This document shows, in pieces, positions 39,101 to 54,100 of a stretch of 64,000 nucleotides of DNA; positions within the stretch are counted from its first letter, which is position 1, and each line of letters begins with the position of its first letter. The stretch is from assembly GCA_905178155.1 (NCBI GenBank), contig CAJINV010000002.1, positions 2,167,216 to 2,231,215 of the forward strand. Direction: 5' to 3'. The translations under genes were made by a program, and so were the position numbers. This DNA is from Amoebophrya sp. A120. Taxonomy: Eukaryota; Protista; Dinoflagellata. Under the pieces are notes generated by a model. The model was not told the DNA's origin and ran no database searches. It was given only the letters and a program-made list of their open reading frames with translations.

Positions 39101-42100
39101 GGCGGATTCGTGTAAGAGCATCACCCAATCGCCGTTCCGCGTATCAAATGCAAATATGTCTGGGTCGTCTGGAAGGATGTCATGCATATTTTGCATGGCC
39201 CATAATGACTGTAATGCATGACCTAGCATCACAGATTTTTAGAGGGCCGCCTGATGCCTAGTCCGCATGACAAATGCCCTCTCCGCGTAGCACAAGCTGG
39301 ACTTTTCTTGCTGGTCATGCAACACAGATTTTTTTAGAATCCAAAAACAGCATCACAAGTTACAACCTTCCAGACCCAGACCACATATTTGCATTTGATA
39401 CCGCGCCAGCTCGTGCAGTAAGGTGAGCGACCGGGGTAGCGCGTGGACACGACAGAACAACGCGACTAGATGCCAGGGCGAATCTAGCCCGGTGGATTGG
39501 GAATGCAGGGTGGAAGTGGTAGAAGAGGAGCCGGGGTGAGGATCTAAGGCCCAGGTAGCCTCTTCTAACATGCGGAGACTGGTCAGCAGGGCGGTGCTGT
39601 TCATGGCAACCTGAAGATTTTTGTGGTAGGTATTTCTTTATTCTTTACTTTACGGGCAACTCGATTTAATTGGGAATCTAGTACATTCGTCCGTCCAAAA
39701 CTTTACTTCTACACTAGAGGTACAGCATAACATCGTCCTAGCGGCCTCACAAGTTGTACCGCAAGAGAAAAACTGAAACCGAAGAGGAGCCCAAGCAGGC
39801 ATATTCACAGGAGACATAAATGTCTTCAAAACTACGTTTTGTTCCCACCTGATCCGAGTCCTCCGCTCCGGGAATCACCTCCGGAAACGACAGAAATAAC
39901 TCGATGACGGAGCTGCAGCTGATATTTTTCTTCGCGTTCATGTGGTCGTATATTCTCCTTGCCGCCTGCACATCCACCCTGAGCATCTCCGTGTCTAGTT
40001 GACACAGCTCTAATAAGCACACTGCTGAACTCACCACCCCCTCGTGCAACAGGTTGTGCAACGCGACCGACTTCGCTATTCGGTGCAGCTGCATCTTCCG
40101 GGCGTGGGACAGCTGAGAAGAGGGTTGGTTCTGCTGCTGCTCCTGCTCCTGCTGCGAGGTGCTGTTCCTTTGTTGAGATTTTTCTTGCTCGGCTTTCGCC
40201 GCCGCTTTCTCTTTCTCCAAATGGACATGAAAGGCCATCAGCGGTCGGCCTTGCGCGAGGTAGTAGGCCTCATCTAAATCGTTTGCAAAAATTTCTTCAG
40301 GCTGGTGGATAGTAGAATTGGGATTGCCCCCGCCCGGGGCTGGATCGGAGGTCTCTTCTTCACGAGTTCGAGTAGGAGAGGCTGACGCAGAAGTGTTACT
40401 TGTCTTGCAGCTGTTGTAGATATCCCGGATATCCATCGGCAGTGGCGCTAACGCCTTCTCCACATCAAAGGCGCTGATATCGGACAGCAAGTCGATCAGC
40501 TTCACATCTCTCTGAAAGCTTTGCAGATACCGCCCGTCTGCTTCTTCGGGGGGCTCGAGCGAGTCTGAAGCATCATCATCGTCGTTATCGTCTTCGCAAT
40601 CGTCTTTATTTGTTCCGCCTACGTTCTTTTTTTTCTCATCCTGTTCCACATCCGAAGAACTGTAGTTCATGGAGCTGCTGACAAAGCCAGATTCCACTGA
40701 CGTCGGCTCCTCCTCTTCCATTTCGTTTCCGAAAACTTCCTGTCCCGGCTGAAAATAGCTCGCATCGTCGGGACTCGCTGAGCTTTTACTTGTCAACATC
40801 GGCTCTTTGCTGGTGGCGCTGCTGCTCTGGTCGGTGCTGTTAAGTACTAGGACTTGCCGTTCTGCACCGTTCAGAGGGGCAGGACTTGTGGAGAGGGAGG
40901 TAGACAGTTTTCTGATCCGCCTAGTCGCCTTGGAAGAACCTCCGGTCGCGAAATTTCTCAACCTGCGAGAGGTCGCGTTCCTTTTCTTGCTATTCTTGTT
41001 CCTCTCGCCAGAATTCATATTCTTCAAACCGGCGCTCACGAAATCGTTGTCGCTGCTATTGAAGACCAAATTCGGTGATCCAGAAAGAACGCCCTTTCGA
41101 TCCATTCCAAACCGAGATTTCCGATCTGGTTTTTTCATTCCCGAAGACGCAAGGCTCTTTCCGGCCGAAGACACGTTGACCAGTTGCAATTTCTTCCCAG
41201 AATTGCTGGTGAAGTTATTGGTACTTCCGCGGCCGCCCCGTAAAGACGAAGATTTTGCTCCAGGTTTTATTTTTTTCCCCGAATTCGCAAACTCCGTCTC
41301 CTCGCTGGAGCTTCGTTGCAGTTTGCTCTGCTGTAGTCCCCTGCTGCCTACCGCTTGTTGTGTAATTCCTGTCGTTGATGTTGACACCCCCTGCTTCATT
41401 CCATCACGACCATCCCCCAATCGTCGCCCCTTCTGTTTTTGCGAAGTTTCGTTTCCATCACCATCGTTCGAGCAGCTTGAGTCCTCACTGTCATCGTCCT
41501 CGTCGTCGTCACTGGACGAAGATGTCGAGTAGAACCCGCCAGAGCTGAATCCGTTGCTGTTATCGGAATCTTCGTCAATTTCCGAGGCGTCTTTTTGAAA
41601 ATAGCAGTCGTCGGGCGATTTTCCCAGCAACCGAGCCTATGCATTGCAAAAGTATGGTACTAGTAGGAAATCGCATGACAAATTCACTCAGCATGAGAAA
41701 TGGAGTTTGTCAGGCTGTTTTGCCTTGGGATCGAGATTTGTAATGCCTGACTACGATTACTTCGAGTACGATACTTTTGCACAGGATATCGCCACGGGCA
41801 TGTTGATCGCCGCGCGGGTCTTCCGGGCGGAACTGGAGGTTCCGTTTATGCATTGCAAATATGTCTAGGTCTGGAAGCGTGTAACTTGTCATGCTACATC
41901 TGGATCGCGAAAAAATTTGTGTTGCATGATTACCAAAAGTTGTTCACTTTTTTACAAGTCACTAGAGGCAGTTTCTCATTTAGGAAAGGCATGATAGAGA
42001 TCTCACAGAATCTGTCATGCTAGGCCGTGCATGCCAGACCGCGTGGGTCATGGAAAACCGGCATGACAAAGCTAGCAATCTTCCACCAGATCCAGACATT

Positions 42101-45100
42101 TTTGCATTTGATACCGTTTGTCGTCTTACTGGAGCTCGAACTGCCGGAAAGCAAGCCCAGGTAGCTGTGGTTGTTCCTTAAATTGGATTCTTGCTGGGAT
42201 TTCTCCTGCAGTTCCCGTTCGTGTTTCAGTTTTTTCTGCATAATCGTCTTGTTCCAGCGGGCCTTGTTCTTCTGGTAAATAGACTCGGCGAGAGAAAAAT
42301 CGTCTGGCTCAAGAATTTTGATAATTGGTGGAGCGGTCTTTACTTTCGACGAATTCGGATTGTTCGCTGAAGAAGAAGATGCTCCAGCACCTCCTAACGT
42401 CGTTCCTGTAGTTTGGTGCTGGTTTGGCTCTGCTTCGGAAGAAGAACTCCCTTGGAAGTTCGTGCTGGAGCTCGCCCCTGCTTGGGTCGAAAGACTCGCA
42501 GTGTCGCTCACTTCGTGGTCCACCGGTTCTGCTGGTTTATTTCGATTTCCCTCGCCGCGTTTGCTCCACCTTTCGGAAGGTGAGGCACAGTTGTTCGCTT
42601 TATTTTCCTGGGAAATTTTCATCTGCAGTCTCTTCGACCCTTTGACGGCAAACCTGGGGTCCTTCCCGACTACAGACAATGCGATTTGCAACATCGGGTA
42701 CCTTGCGCACACCTTGGTGAGCTTTTCCCAGCTGCAGTGCCAGGGCTTCTTCTTCTTCGCAAAGTGATCGTTTCTCGACTGCGGCTGATGACTATCTGCG
42801 CTGTCGGTTCGGTTCAGATTCTCACTCATCTTGATGCCGTCGTCGTGGTCTTCCTCCTTAATGTTGTTCCCTCGGCTTGTTCTACTGTTCTTATCCTCTT
42901 CAACCGACGATGAGTAAAACCGAACCGCCTGAAACGCCGAATCCACCGGGGCGAACATGAGCGTTGCGAGGAAGGTCAAGCAGTCTTTCTCCGTCTCGAT
43001 TGGCAAATCGTCCATCGCGATGTAACGAATCCTGTGCCGATCCTCTCGGAGGGTTATAGGAGTTTGGTTCTTGTTTGTAGTTGATGTCAAGCCGCCTTTG
43101 ATAGTACTTGATGCAGGTCCAGAAGAAGTTGCAGTCGTGCCACCAGAAATTGTCGCGCTAGGAGAAGAAGATGATGTTCCGTGATTCAACAAAAAGTGCG
43201 CGGAATGCTGCAGCGAAGCGGCGAAGAGATGTGCGTTACCCAGCCTGCCCGTGAGGCTCAGATACGCCCAGGGCTTCAGCTTGAAAGAACCCGGGGATAT
43301 GGTTGTTGTTCCACCAGAGGCGGGGGCCGCGCCAAGAACACCATTGTAGTTGCCTTTCGGAGTAGTTCTGCTTGTTGAATTCGAATCCGGCCCGAGGGAC
43401 GACACTGTCGTGAAAAATTCTTCGACCTGTTCAAAATTCGCCAGTAAGTTGTAGCTCTGGAGATACAGAAGCAATACCGACGGCAAGTCCTCCCGGATCC
43501 CGATGTTTTTGATAAAGTAGCTGTGAAAGGGGGAGAGATTGTTTCTCGGCTGTAATCTTTTCCCGTACAGGTCCTGATCAACACCTCCAGTTGTAGAAGA
43601 AGAAGTTGCCCCGCCGCCGATATTATCGTCGGCTGCAGTATTGTAATTCGAACCTGCACGAGGTGGACCACCTCCAGGATACTGCTGTCCATGCGGAGAG
43701 ACAGAAATTGGATTTCCTTCCTGGTCATAGCCACCATGATGCTGCTCACGGTCTTGTTGTGATAGGTCGCCGTTTTCCGCATCATGATCCCAAAAAGCTG
43801 CGCCATTGCTCCCAGTCCCAGACGTTGAGTTGTGTTTGCCAAACAGCTGCCCGGACCTCGCCAGTCGCATCATCAAAGTTTTGAAGTTCGCTTGCGTGTC
43901 TAGGTTATCAAACAAGTTTGACAATGCTCTCGCACGCGTCGCAGATTTGTCTTCAGGAAGAGTCGGGCCCCCGAATGAACTGCGGAGATGAAAAGGTTCT
44001 TGGTCTTTGTCTTGCTTGTTATTTTCTGGTCCTGTCCTCGCTGGACGATTGTCAGTGGACGTCGTTGTGCGGAAGTTATTATTGTGGTACCTTTTGTTGC
44101 TCTCCAGGTTCAGAATTCCTCTCCTTGCCAGCGCTTGGTACAGCAGTTCCAAAGCGTAGGGGTGGAGTAGGGGGAGCCTTTTGCGCAAGTGCGTGAAGTC
44201 GTAATCACACGCAGCGCTGGGAAATCCATACTCGTCGCAAAGGTCATCTTCTTCATGATCCTGGTCTACTAGTACAGGAGCCTGTGACTTCTGTGTCGTG
44301 CTGTCTTTGTCTTTCACATTCATGTTGTGGTCTGTTCGCCCTGTTTATCGCAAGGAAAAATCCCCCCTCCCCATATTGAAGAGGTAGGTTTTCGAAAATT
44401 TGTGTTGCTGATTTGAGGCCACCAATCACGTTTGTGTTGCAAGAAGACAAGGGCAGCAGCTTCCGTCCCATTATGGAGGCGGTTTGTCATGCTGTTGAGC
44501 CAACATCACGGACGCTTCTCATGCTAAGCGCCTAAGTCAAAGCATCTCTGCTCAGGCTTGATATGGGTCCGCAGTCCTCTCTAGCAAGACAGATGTGATT
44601 TGTGTACTCAAATACAGCAACACAAATTTCGCTTTCGATATGGGGAGGGGGGGATTTTTCCTCACAATACTGTTTTGTTGCTCTTCTGTGGTCCCCGCAG
44701 CGGCAAAGCGTCGACCCAGGCGACCAACCCTCGCCAATCCATGTGGCAAAGCAAGAAATCGAACCAGATTTCCAAAGATTTCGACTTCGTCTTGTTCTTC
44801 GGCGTCAGAGAGGATGTTGAGCCAGCTTCTGCGGATAAACCGTCGTCTAACTGCAGCCATTTCACCTGCTTGTACAGTTCATCCGGCAGGAAATACACTT
44901 TCTCCATCAAAACTCTCGCTCTGGTTTCTTTATCCCACTCCCGCACCCAAGCAAGTGTCAGGTGGAGATACGCCCCGACCGATTTGTACTTCGACAGGAT
45001 TCCGTGGGTGGCCTTGCTGTTCTTGTTTTTCCAATTCAGCAGAGCCTTCTGCTGTCTGCCGTATTTCGTCGGAGAGGTGGAGGTAGCGTTAGTACCTGCA

Positions 45101-48100
45101 GCCGTGCTCGAGGAGTTGTCGATGCTGTGCACAATTTTCGACTCTTCCTCCGTCATCAAGTCGATCCCCTGTGCCTGGAGATATTGTAATAACGCATGCT
45201 CCCCGGTCTGATACTGGTTTTCGAAAAGCCAGAGGGAATACGTGTCATCCGACTCCCGGCATTCCCGGCACTGAGAAAGCTTCGCAATTTCGTTCTCCTC
45301 GCCACCGCCCAGCTGGATCTGCATTGCGTTGGATTGCAGTTGTTGACCACCACTCGGGTTATTATTCATATTCGCAGATTTGCTACTCGTTAAAAGTTTG
45401 CTTTGTGAAGAAGTTACACTTGCTCCGGAGGTGCTGTCGACCGCTTGAACGACCGTCGCGACACCGGTCTTACCGGAGACGACATGCTCACCTGCACTAG
45501 CACCCGCTTCTCCTGATGTAGTTAACATCGACCCTGAATTGCTCAATCTACCCCCGGCACCCGAAGAACTACCCGCTGAGCCTGCCTCGTTCATTTGTTG
45601 CCCGCCGGAGGTGCTGCCGCTAGTACCCCCGGAGAAGTCCATAACAGTGCCAGCTTGAACATTATTTTCGTGGTCATGATTCTCTTGCGCATTACCTGCT
45701 CCTCCATTCGGATTGTAGATCTGGTGCAGATCGAATTGGTGCTGTAAATTTCCATTTGGTATCACAGGAAAAAGTGTTAACGTTAACGGAATTTGTGATG
45801 CAGTAATGCACCACAAAACATGCCCAAATTTGTCATGCATAGCATGCACGCTAAGCAAATTTTGTCATGCATATTTGCAATCTACGAAAACCGTTAACGT
45901 TAACACTTTTGTGTTTGATATTCGGCCGCACGATTTCATCCTCCTGCTCGGCGAAGATGGTGTTCATCGCCTGCTCATCCCCGTGATTCAGCGGCACTCC
46001 CCGGAATTGCGGCCTATGCATTGCAAAGTATCGCACTCGTATAACTATAAATGCATTGCAAATTTCCTCAGCATGAGAAATAAAATTTGTAACGCGGATT
46101 TACCTTGAGAAAAAAAATTGTAATGCATAACTGCAATACGAGTACGATACTTTTGCACAGGATACGGCCCTGTGTTCGACGACATCAGATCCCTAGCCGT
46201 GCTGAGAAACGAGGATTTGTTGCCATGATCAGAATTCGTTGCGTTTTTGCTCTTGCTGTTGGCCGCTCCACCAGCAATTACGCTAGAAGCTCCACCAGTT
46301 ATACCTGCCCCACCAGTTACTGTCCCTCCACTAGAAATCCCCGCGCCTCCCCCGCCTGCCGAAGATGACGCACTGTCTTTACCCTTCATTTCCACTCCGG
46401 GGAACCTTTCCAAACCAAATTTCGGATTGCAAGTGACGTCGTCGATGTCCCCAGTGGGCAGGAAACTCCACGCTTTTTGTAATTGCGGTGGAATGTTCAC
46501 AATCGCTTGAATAACCGCGGAGGAAAACGCCGTCCACGGGTCGTGGAGGTCGGACAACCGTTGGAAGTTCGGGAGATTTTGGATCCAATTCGGGTCGAGT
46601 AAAACTTTTTCCAGGTAGAAATGCCGCTCCCGGTGCGCAGCAGAAGTGCTACTGGTGGTGGACGAGGAATTCGAATTCATACCGTCTTGTGTTGTAGTTC
46701 CTGCGCCGGTTGCCTGCTGTTGTTTATTCAAACGTTGCTGGTGCAGTGCACTTGTGGTAGAAAAACGGGTATGTTGTTCTTGTTGCTTTTCTGCTTCCGT
46801 TGCGGAAGTAGCACCAGCTGCAGTTGCGTGGCCGCTCCTGGAAGGATAATTCTTGCTTCTTGCCTGCTCTGCTGTTTTCGCATTTATTGCGGCCGACGAC
46901 GTCGGCCGTAGGAGCGGTTGCAAGTTCGGTTCCTCCGAAGAAGTGCGCAAATGACTGCTCTGGTCTTTTGACACCTGCTGAGTTGCCTGCTGCTGCTGTT
47001 CCTGTGGCATGAGATCCAGCTTAGTCTCTATTACCGCCCCGACCGTCTGCGCAACCGATTTCACAGCCGGCGGGTCGGCGATCTCATCGTCATCATCGTC
47101 GAACAACACCTCGTCTTCTCCGTTTTGCTATCGTATGAAAAAACTGCTTCACTGCGAACTTGTGATGCATAGAATGCTGCACAGAAGCAGAACTACCATT
47201 TATTTGTCTTGCTGCACGACCTGCAAGAGGACATTGGGTTTTTCAGCGTGTTCTTTTCCTTTGGGAAGCAAGCATGGCAACTTTTCTGTCTCATGTGTAA
47301 CATCAAACTTGTGAAGCAGATGTTGGAAAACCATCACAGTGAAATAGTTATTTCGTTGGAGGATACTTGCCCTTGATCCCCCACGGTTGACGCGATATCG
47401 CTGTTCTTCTCAAAGTCTGAAGCCAGCTGGTGAAAAGAAGTATCGGGCGGGTGGTGGGAGATTTGCAGCTCTTCGGCGATGTCAAATTCCTCCTCTTCTA
47501 TGTCCTCTAGAAGATCGTCATCATCCTCAGGATATGCATTGCAAATATGTCTGGGTCTGGAAAGAATGGAAATTGTGATGCTGTCTTTGGATTCTAGAGG
47601 AATCTGTATTGCAAGAGCAGCAAAAGGACTCTAATTTCTGCTACGCGGAGAGGGGGCTTGTCATGCGGAATAGGCATCAAGAAGCCCTCAAAAAATCTGA
47701 TATGCTAGGGCATGCATCACAGACATCATGGCCCATGCAAAACGTGCATGACAAACACGCATTCTTCCAGACCCAGACATTTTTGCATTTGATACTAGAT
47801 TTGAGGTTCCGTTTCGCTGCTTCGAAGATGTGGGTTTGGAAGTAGTTGGCTCGAATTCCAGGTCGTGTTCATCATCCGCTTCCGGATCGTATTCTCGTTC
47901 TTGTGACGCGGGCGAGGCATTCGCACTTGAGTTCTGTTTGTTCTGCCTATAATTGTTCTTGCTACGGTTATAAATCTTGGTAGTACCTGCAGCGCCCAGT
48001 TCTGGCGTCCTCCTTTGCGCGCCGGAGTTACTGCCAGGCGACACTGCTCCCGCACTTGTACTTCCGTGATTGTTTTGTTCGGGTGAAAGAAGAGCAGGAG

Positions 48101-51100
48101 ATCGGTCCCCCCGACGAAGACTGCCACCGGAAAGCAAGCTTTTCAATGACTGTCGGCCCACTGGAGCAGCTGCGGAGGGCTTCATCCTGTTTGATGGGGT
48201 GTTCAGATCATCATGATCTGTTTCTGTGGCTCCTTCGTTTGTAACATCTTGGTGTGATGAAGCGAAACTGGCATGATCTTGTTGTCCTCCGTAGCTGTTG
48301 TTCGTCGTGGTCGTTCCTCTCATAGTTGTTTTTCCCGCGGCGCCAAGTCCACGACCCCCGATCGTCCCTGCTTTATTCATCCCGCCCCCGACCGTGGAGG
48401 TGGTTGTTCCCTGCAATAAACTGCTCATGTTCATGTTGCTATCGACGCTGTACCCCAGCAAGAGCATCTCGTACCCGCCAAACGGGTACGTCATGAAAGG
48501 TGGCTGCTTGATCCCCCGGAGCGCATTCTTCGATACGTTACGACGCTTAGTGAAGTCGGCGTAGGAAAACAATGTGGTCTTGTTTCCAGCAGTAGTTTGC
48601 TCGTTGGAAAAATCTTCCGCGAAACAGTCAACGCCAGATGCATTGAGATGGTTGTGACGCGAAGAGGTGGAACCGCTGCCGAGCTTTGAAGTAGTGCCCG
48701 ACATGGTCACACCGCCACTTTGGGGGCCCGAAACTACTGTCGGAACAACATCAACTTCCTCCACCTCACACGCGACCGGGAATTCCGGGTACCAGACATT
48801 GCTCAAAATCGATTGCGTCCGGTTAAATTCCGTCGTGTAACAGGGGTTGGGGTACAGGCGCTCGAGAAAATCCAGTAAGGAAACCAGTTCCCAGTCTTCC
48901 GGACTCAATCGGTTCATGTGCGCCAAGTGTTTCAGCAACCGCCATCGAATCAGCCGCTTTGACGTTTTAAACGCCATGCGTTTGAGGTACTCATTCACGT
49001 TCTCCCCCACAATGCGCAAGATATGGAGGGAGAGGAAAAAACAGTCGATTAATTGGTTGCTGGTCAGGTTGTAGATCAATTTGGAGGCGATTGTGTATCC
49101 TGAGTAAAAACGTACCCACGCCAGAGTTGTAATACAGATTTGCAAAGACAGGAAGAATTGTAATGCGCATCCCCATGAGAGCCATTTCCAGTCGTGTTTT
49201 GGAATTTGTGATGCTGTGAACAGGATGAGCAGATGAATCTGTGATGCGGCTGCACTTGCTAACCTGCACTACACTGCATAGTGCAACTTGTCATGCGTGA
49301 CTCACAAAACTCCTGCTTAAGTTTGTGCTGCAAAATCCTCATCCTGACTCTGGTGTGGGTACGTTTTTACTCAGAATATTGTGCCAAACTTGTTTTTGTT
49401 CAGATTTCGATTTTTCGCCGATCTGTGCAGCTGGATCTGGTTGGAAGAGGAAGAAGCGGCTCTTGCAGCTCCGTCAGTTGTAGTACTAGCATCTTGTTCA
49501 CTATTGCTTTTCGCGGTTGCGATTTCAATGGTGTGAAACCAGTGGAGGGCAGCGGAAACTCGGTTCGTCAACAGCGCTTCCCTTACCACGACCTCCGGGT
49601 CCTCGTGCGCGGACCAGGGCTATGGATTGCAAATATCCCTGTTGTCTGGAAGAGTGGAGCTTGTAATGCGGTCTTCGGACTCTAAAAATGTCTGCGTTGC
49701 ATGAGCAGCAAGAGGAGTCAGTTCTTGGCACGCGGAGAGGGCACCATTTCTGATGCGTAATTAGCATCAAGAAGCTTTCAAAAAATCTGTGATGCTAGCA
49801 CCAGCATCACAGACCTCACGGGTCATGAAAAGGTGCATGACAAGCCCCGACTCTACTTCCAGACCCAGACACTTTTGCAGTAGTTGATAAGGGCGACCCG
49901 AATGCCAGGAGTCTCGCGATCACCGAGGATTGCCTTCCCGCATCGTATATCCTGTGCAAAAGTATCGCCCTCGTACAAATGCAAGTCTTGCACTACAAAT
50001 TTTGTTTCCAAGGTAAATCTGCATATAGAAATTTTCTTTCTCAAAGTGAGGAAATTTGTAATGCATTTATACGAGTACGATACTTTTGCAATGCATATCG
50101 TAGTGCCGCTTCGGACATTGAACGATCGCCTGCACCTCCGGTGCCAGGTCTTTCCGGAAGAAAACGGTAAAATTGTTGCGGCGGGGATTTTTATCACGTT
50201 CTTTGCTGCTGGTGAAAGAACCTCCAAGCTGATACTGAGAGTCCTCGTCATCCTCGAAGCCGTCATAACTTCCTTCTTCTTCGTAGCTCGTTTGCTGGTT
50301 TCTTCTTTTCATCCGCTTTTGCTCCTGCTTCTTTCTGGAAGACCGGGAAGAAGACGATGCGACAATAGACAGCGGCTCGGCCGAGAGCGCTCGGAAGATG
50401 TGATCCCGAGGAAGGCCAGTTCTGTGGTCTTCCCTTGTTCTAGTGCCAAAGTTGTCTCTTCTACTGCCTTGACCACGCCCTCCCGCTTCCTCCGCTTTGA
50501 TATTCATTTTCATTTTCGTAGTACTACTACCGGGTTTGCAAAAATTATCGGCAGCTGCACTTTTGCCTGCGTGTTCCGCTCCTGCTTCCAAATCGCTCTC
50601 ATCGCCAACGAAGCAAAACCTGTCACTGTGCTCCTTTTTCGTGCTGCAGCTCGGTAAGAGGCATATCAACTCCGCGCTCTTATTTGCGTCCGCGGAGGTT
50701 TGCAACAGCAGGGTTTGGATCAGGTGCTGCTGCAGCATCCGCAGGAACTTCATGTGCAGCGTCAATTCCCCGAGGTTCTGCAGATCTTCGTGCTTCTTGG
50801 ATGTCGATTGGAAGCTCGAATTTTTCTGGAGGTTTCTCGAGCTAGTACTGTTGGCGAGAAAGGTGAAATCACGCCGACGGGTCGCTACGTTGCGTGGGTT
50901 CTTTCCTGGTGTTCCCTCGCCTGCAGCTCTGTTGCCAGATTTATTATTGGCGGCGGTAGAAGAAGTCGCAGCAGCAGTTTTCTCTTCGTCGTTTATTGCG
51001 ATATTGCTAGAGATCAGTTGCGTCAGGAAATGCAGCGCCAAATCCAGAAGTAGAGATGCGAAGTTCAGATCCTGTGTTGTCGGTAAAGATAAGGTATGCT

Positions 51101-54100
51101 GATCCGGTGAGTTCTTTTTCGACACAGTGCTGCCCCCTGTGGTTAAAAAGGCGTTCTTTGTGCCGGCGGCAGGAGTAGCAGCACTAGCGGTGAGGGCCGC
51201 AAATAGGCTCGTATTGATGTTGTCCTTCTCCTTGTCCCCGGAGAAATAATTATAATCTGTTCCGTTTTTGTTCCCCATCATGACATATCAAGCGCCAAAA
51301 TGTCTGGGTCTGGAAGAGTGCATGTTTGTTATGCTTGTCTGGCATGACTGTTAAATCTGTCATGTACGTTACCCAAGAGCCCCACTTTTCTGTGATGCAG
51401 AAACGCAGTTTATCATGCAGAATAGGCAACACCTAGAAGCCCAGAAACTTTAACTTGTCATGCTAAGCCAGCACTTGTGGCCTCATCATGAGACGCCACC
51501 CGGCATCACAAGTTTCCAGACCCAGACATATTTGCAGTTCATATGACACAGCTTCGGTACCCGTTTCTGACGTAATTTGTGATCATCCGCACTGCTTGTA
51601 ACTGTTGACTCCGCTTCAACTTTGTCAGACAATAACAAATGCGCGGGTACTCCCGGTACTGCAACCCGAGGAGCAGTATCAAATGTAAAAATGTCTGGGA
51701 CTGGTGGAAGGTTGGAACTTGTGATGCTAACTTTGGACTCTAAAAAAATTTGTATTGCATGACCAGCAAGAGGAGTCTAGTTTGTGCAACACGGGGAGGG
51801 CCGCGTCTGTCATGCGGAGTAGGCATCAGGAAGGTTTCTAAAGATCTGTGATGGTAGGGCATACATCACAAACAATCCTGGGCCATGCAGAATATGCATG
51901 ACAAGTCTCAGAATCTTCCAGACCCAGACACTTTTGCATTTGATAAGCAGAGTTAACAACGGGAGTTCGGCCTCCAATATCCTGTGCAAAAGTATCGTAC
52001 TCGTCGTAATCGCAGTCATGCATTACAGATCTCCCTCTTAACCTAAATCCGCATTACAAATTCCATTTTTCATGCTGATGGAATTTGTCATGCGATTTAT
52101 ACTAGTACGATGCTTTTGCATTGCATATCCAACTGCCATCGCGGATTCAGCTTGCACAGCTGCTGCGCCTTTTTTTCCTCTGTCGTCGTGGAAATGAGCA
52201 AGGAGGAAACCAACTCCCGCGGCGTTTGCTCTTCGAGTGTGTACAGCTTCCAGTTTATTTTACTGTTTTGTGGGCCCTCGTTGTTGTGGTCTTTGATTTG
52301 CTCGGCTGTTGATGTTCCTTCGCTCGGCGGCACCATCTTCGTTGAAGATCGCTTTATTTTCTCGTCATTTCCAATCAACAGGTAAAACACGTGGCTTTGG
52401 GTGTAGAGCGGGCGCCAGGGAACTACAGGGGAAGCAGTGGTTTTAGCTGTAGAATCCACTCCTGAAACGGTTTCTGTCCTTGCTCCTATGGATCGAATCT
52501 TGTAGAACTCCAGTTTAGAAGAAAAGCAGCCCGCAGCCTCCCCGTAAAAATCTTCGTCGGAAATAAAGTTTTGATCATCCTCTGCAGTAGGAATTCGCGG
52601 TATCACACACAGGCCCCGCTCGTTGATCATCTTATTGCTTTTTCCTCCATCTTGTTCCTGTACAACAGGCCCACAGTCTAGCTCAATGTAGACCGCTTGT
52701 GGCGTAATCCACGCGTCTACGGCTTGCAAGAAGGGATTCTTGCAAGAGCTCGTGGCTGCTGCAGGTGTGGAGGAGGAAGATGAAGATGGGTCTCCTGCCG
52801 GTGTTCCGGTGGTAGTTCTTGTGCCGGCGATTTTCTGCTTGTTCGCAAGATTAGCGTCGCTAACATTATTTGCGGTTGCGGAACAAGCGTCTTGTGGATG
52901 ATGACTTGCCCTGGCGGTCGCCCCTGTCGCGACTGCTGCTGCGCCAATTTTGTCGACTAGAGAGGACGGCTTGGGCTTGGCGTGATAAGGGTCTCCTTCC
53001 GCCCGGCAAGTAGTTGAATCATCTACAAAAAGCGTCGACCAAAGGACATCGCTTCTAGCATTGGAATTCATATTACGGGACGATGATGTATTCTTGTGCT
53101 CTTGCCGTTGCACTCCACTGTAATCAAACATCTCACCACAGCGTGGCAAAACCAAAACATCTTGTTCGACCCTCTCCAAGGCAGAGGAGGAGGTCCTCTC
53201 CAAGTCGTTACAACTACCCGGATGAGACGACCCGGGTCGTGCGAACTCTGGTCCTCCATACATGCCCCCCGCGCCCGTACTGTCCTTCGAGGAAGATGAT
53301 CCCATACCAGCGAAATTGAGAAAGCTTTGCATCGTCATCGCCGGCAGCTCGCTCGTGTTTAGCAACTGGTAGTTTTGGAAGCCGTTGATGCTTGGATCCG
53401 GCAAAAATTCCTCATCGTGGAAAATCACGTCGTCGTATTCTCTGCAAAAGTCTCGCTGTGTCGGTGCAGTTGCAATCCTGCATGACAAGTCTAAACTTTC
53501 TACCTGATCTAGCATGACAAGTTGCATTTCCGTTCTTGTTGAGAAAACTTCTATATGCACTCTTAGACTGACACAGCACGATGCTTCTGCAATGCATACA
53601 TCGCTTTCCTGATTCATTTTCCCGCCGGAGCTTGCAAAGGAATTGGACCCAAAACCGGCCCCACCAGCTGAGCTGTCCTCGTCGACAAAAAACCGCTCTA
53701 GATGGGAGGGCTGCGGTGAAATGTCGAGGTTGAGGTGGGTTTTCAAAACTTGTTGCCGGTTCGTCGCCTGAAGATGAGGCGAGGACGCATTGATGTGACT
53801 GTTGCAATAGTTTCTGTGTCCACCTCTCGACATCGTGCTTCTGGCCTGCGCCGCTTGTTGCGCAGCCGCGGCCTCCCGGGTGACTAAAAATCCGGTGGTG
53901 GTGATTTTTCTTCTAGAAATTCTTGCAGATGCTGCAGTCGGCGCTGGTTGTACTATACCCGAATAGTTATGCTGATGCTGGGAAATGAAATCAGACATCG
54001 ACGTTGATGCATTCGGCTCATTCATATCGTTGTATCTGCTAGTAGAATAATTCATTCCACTCTGCGCTCGTCCCGCACGATAATTTTGACCCGGATGTTG

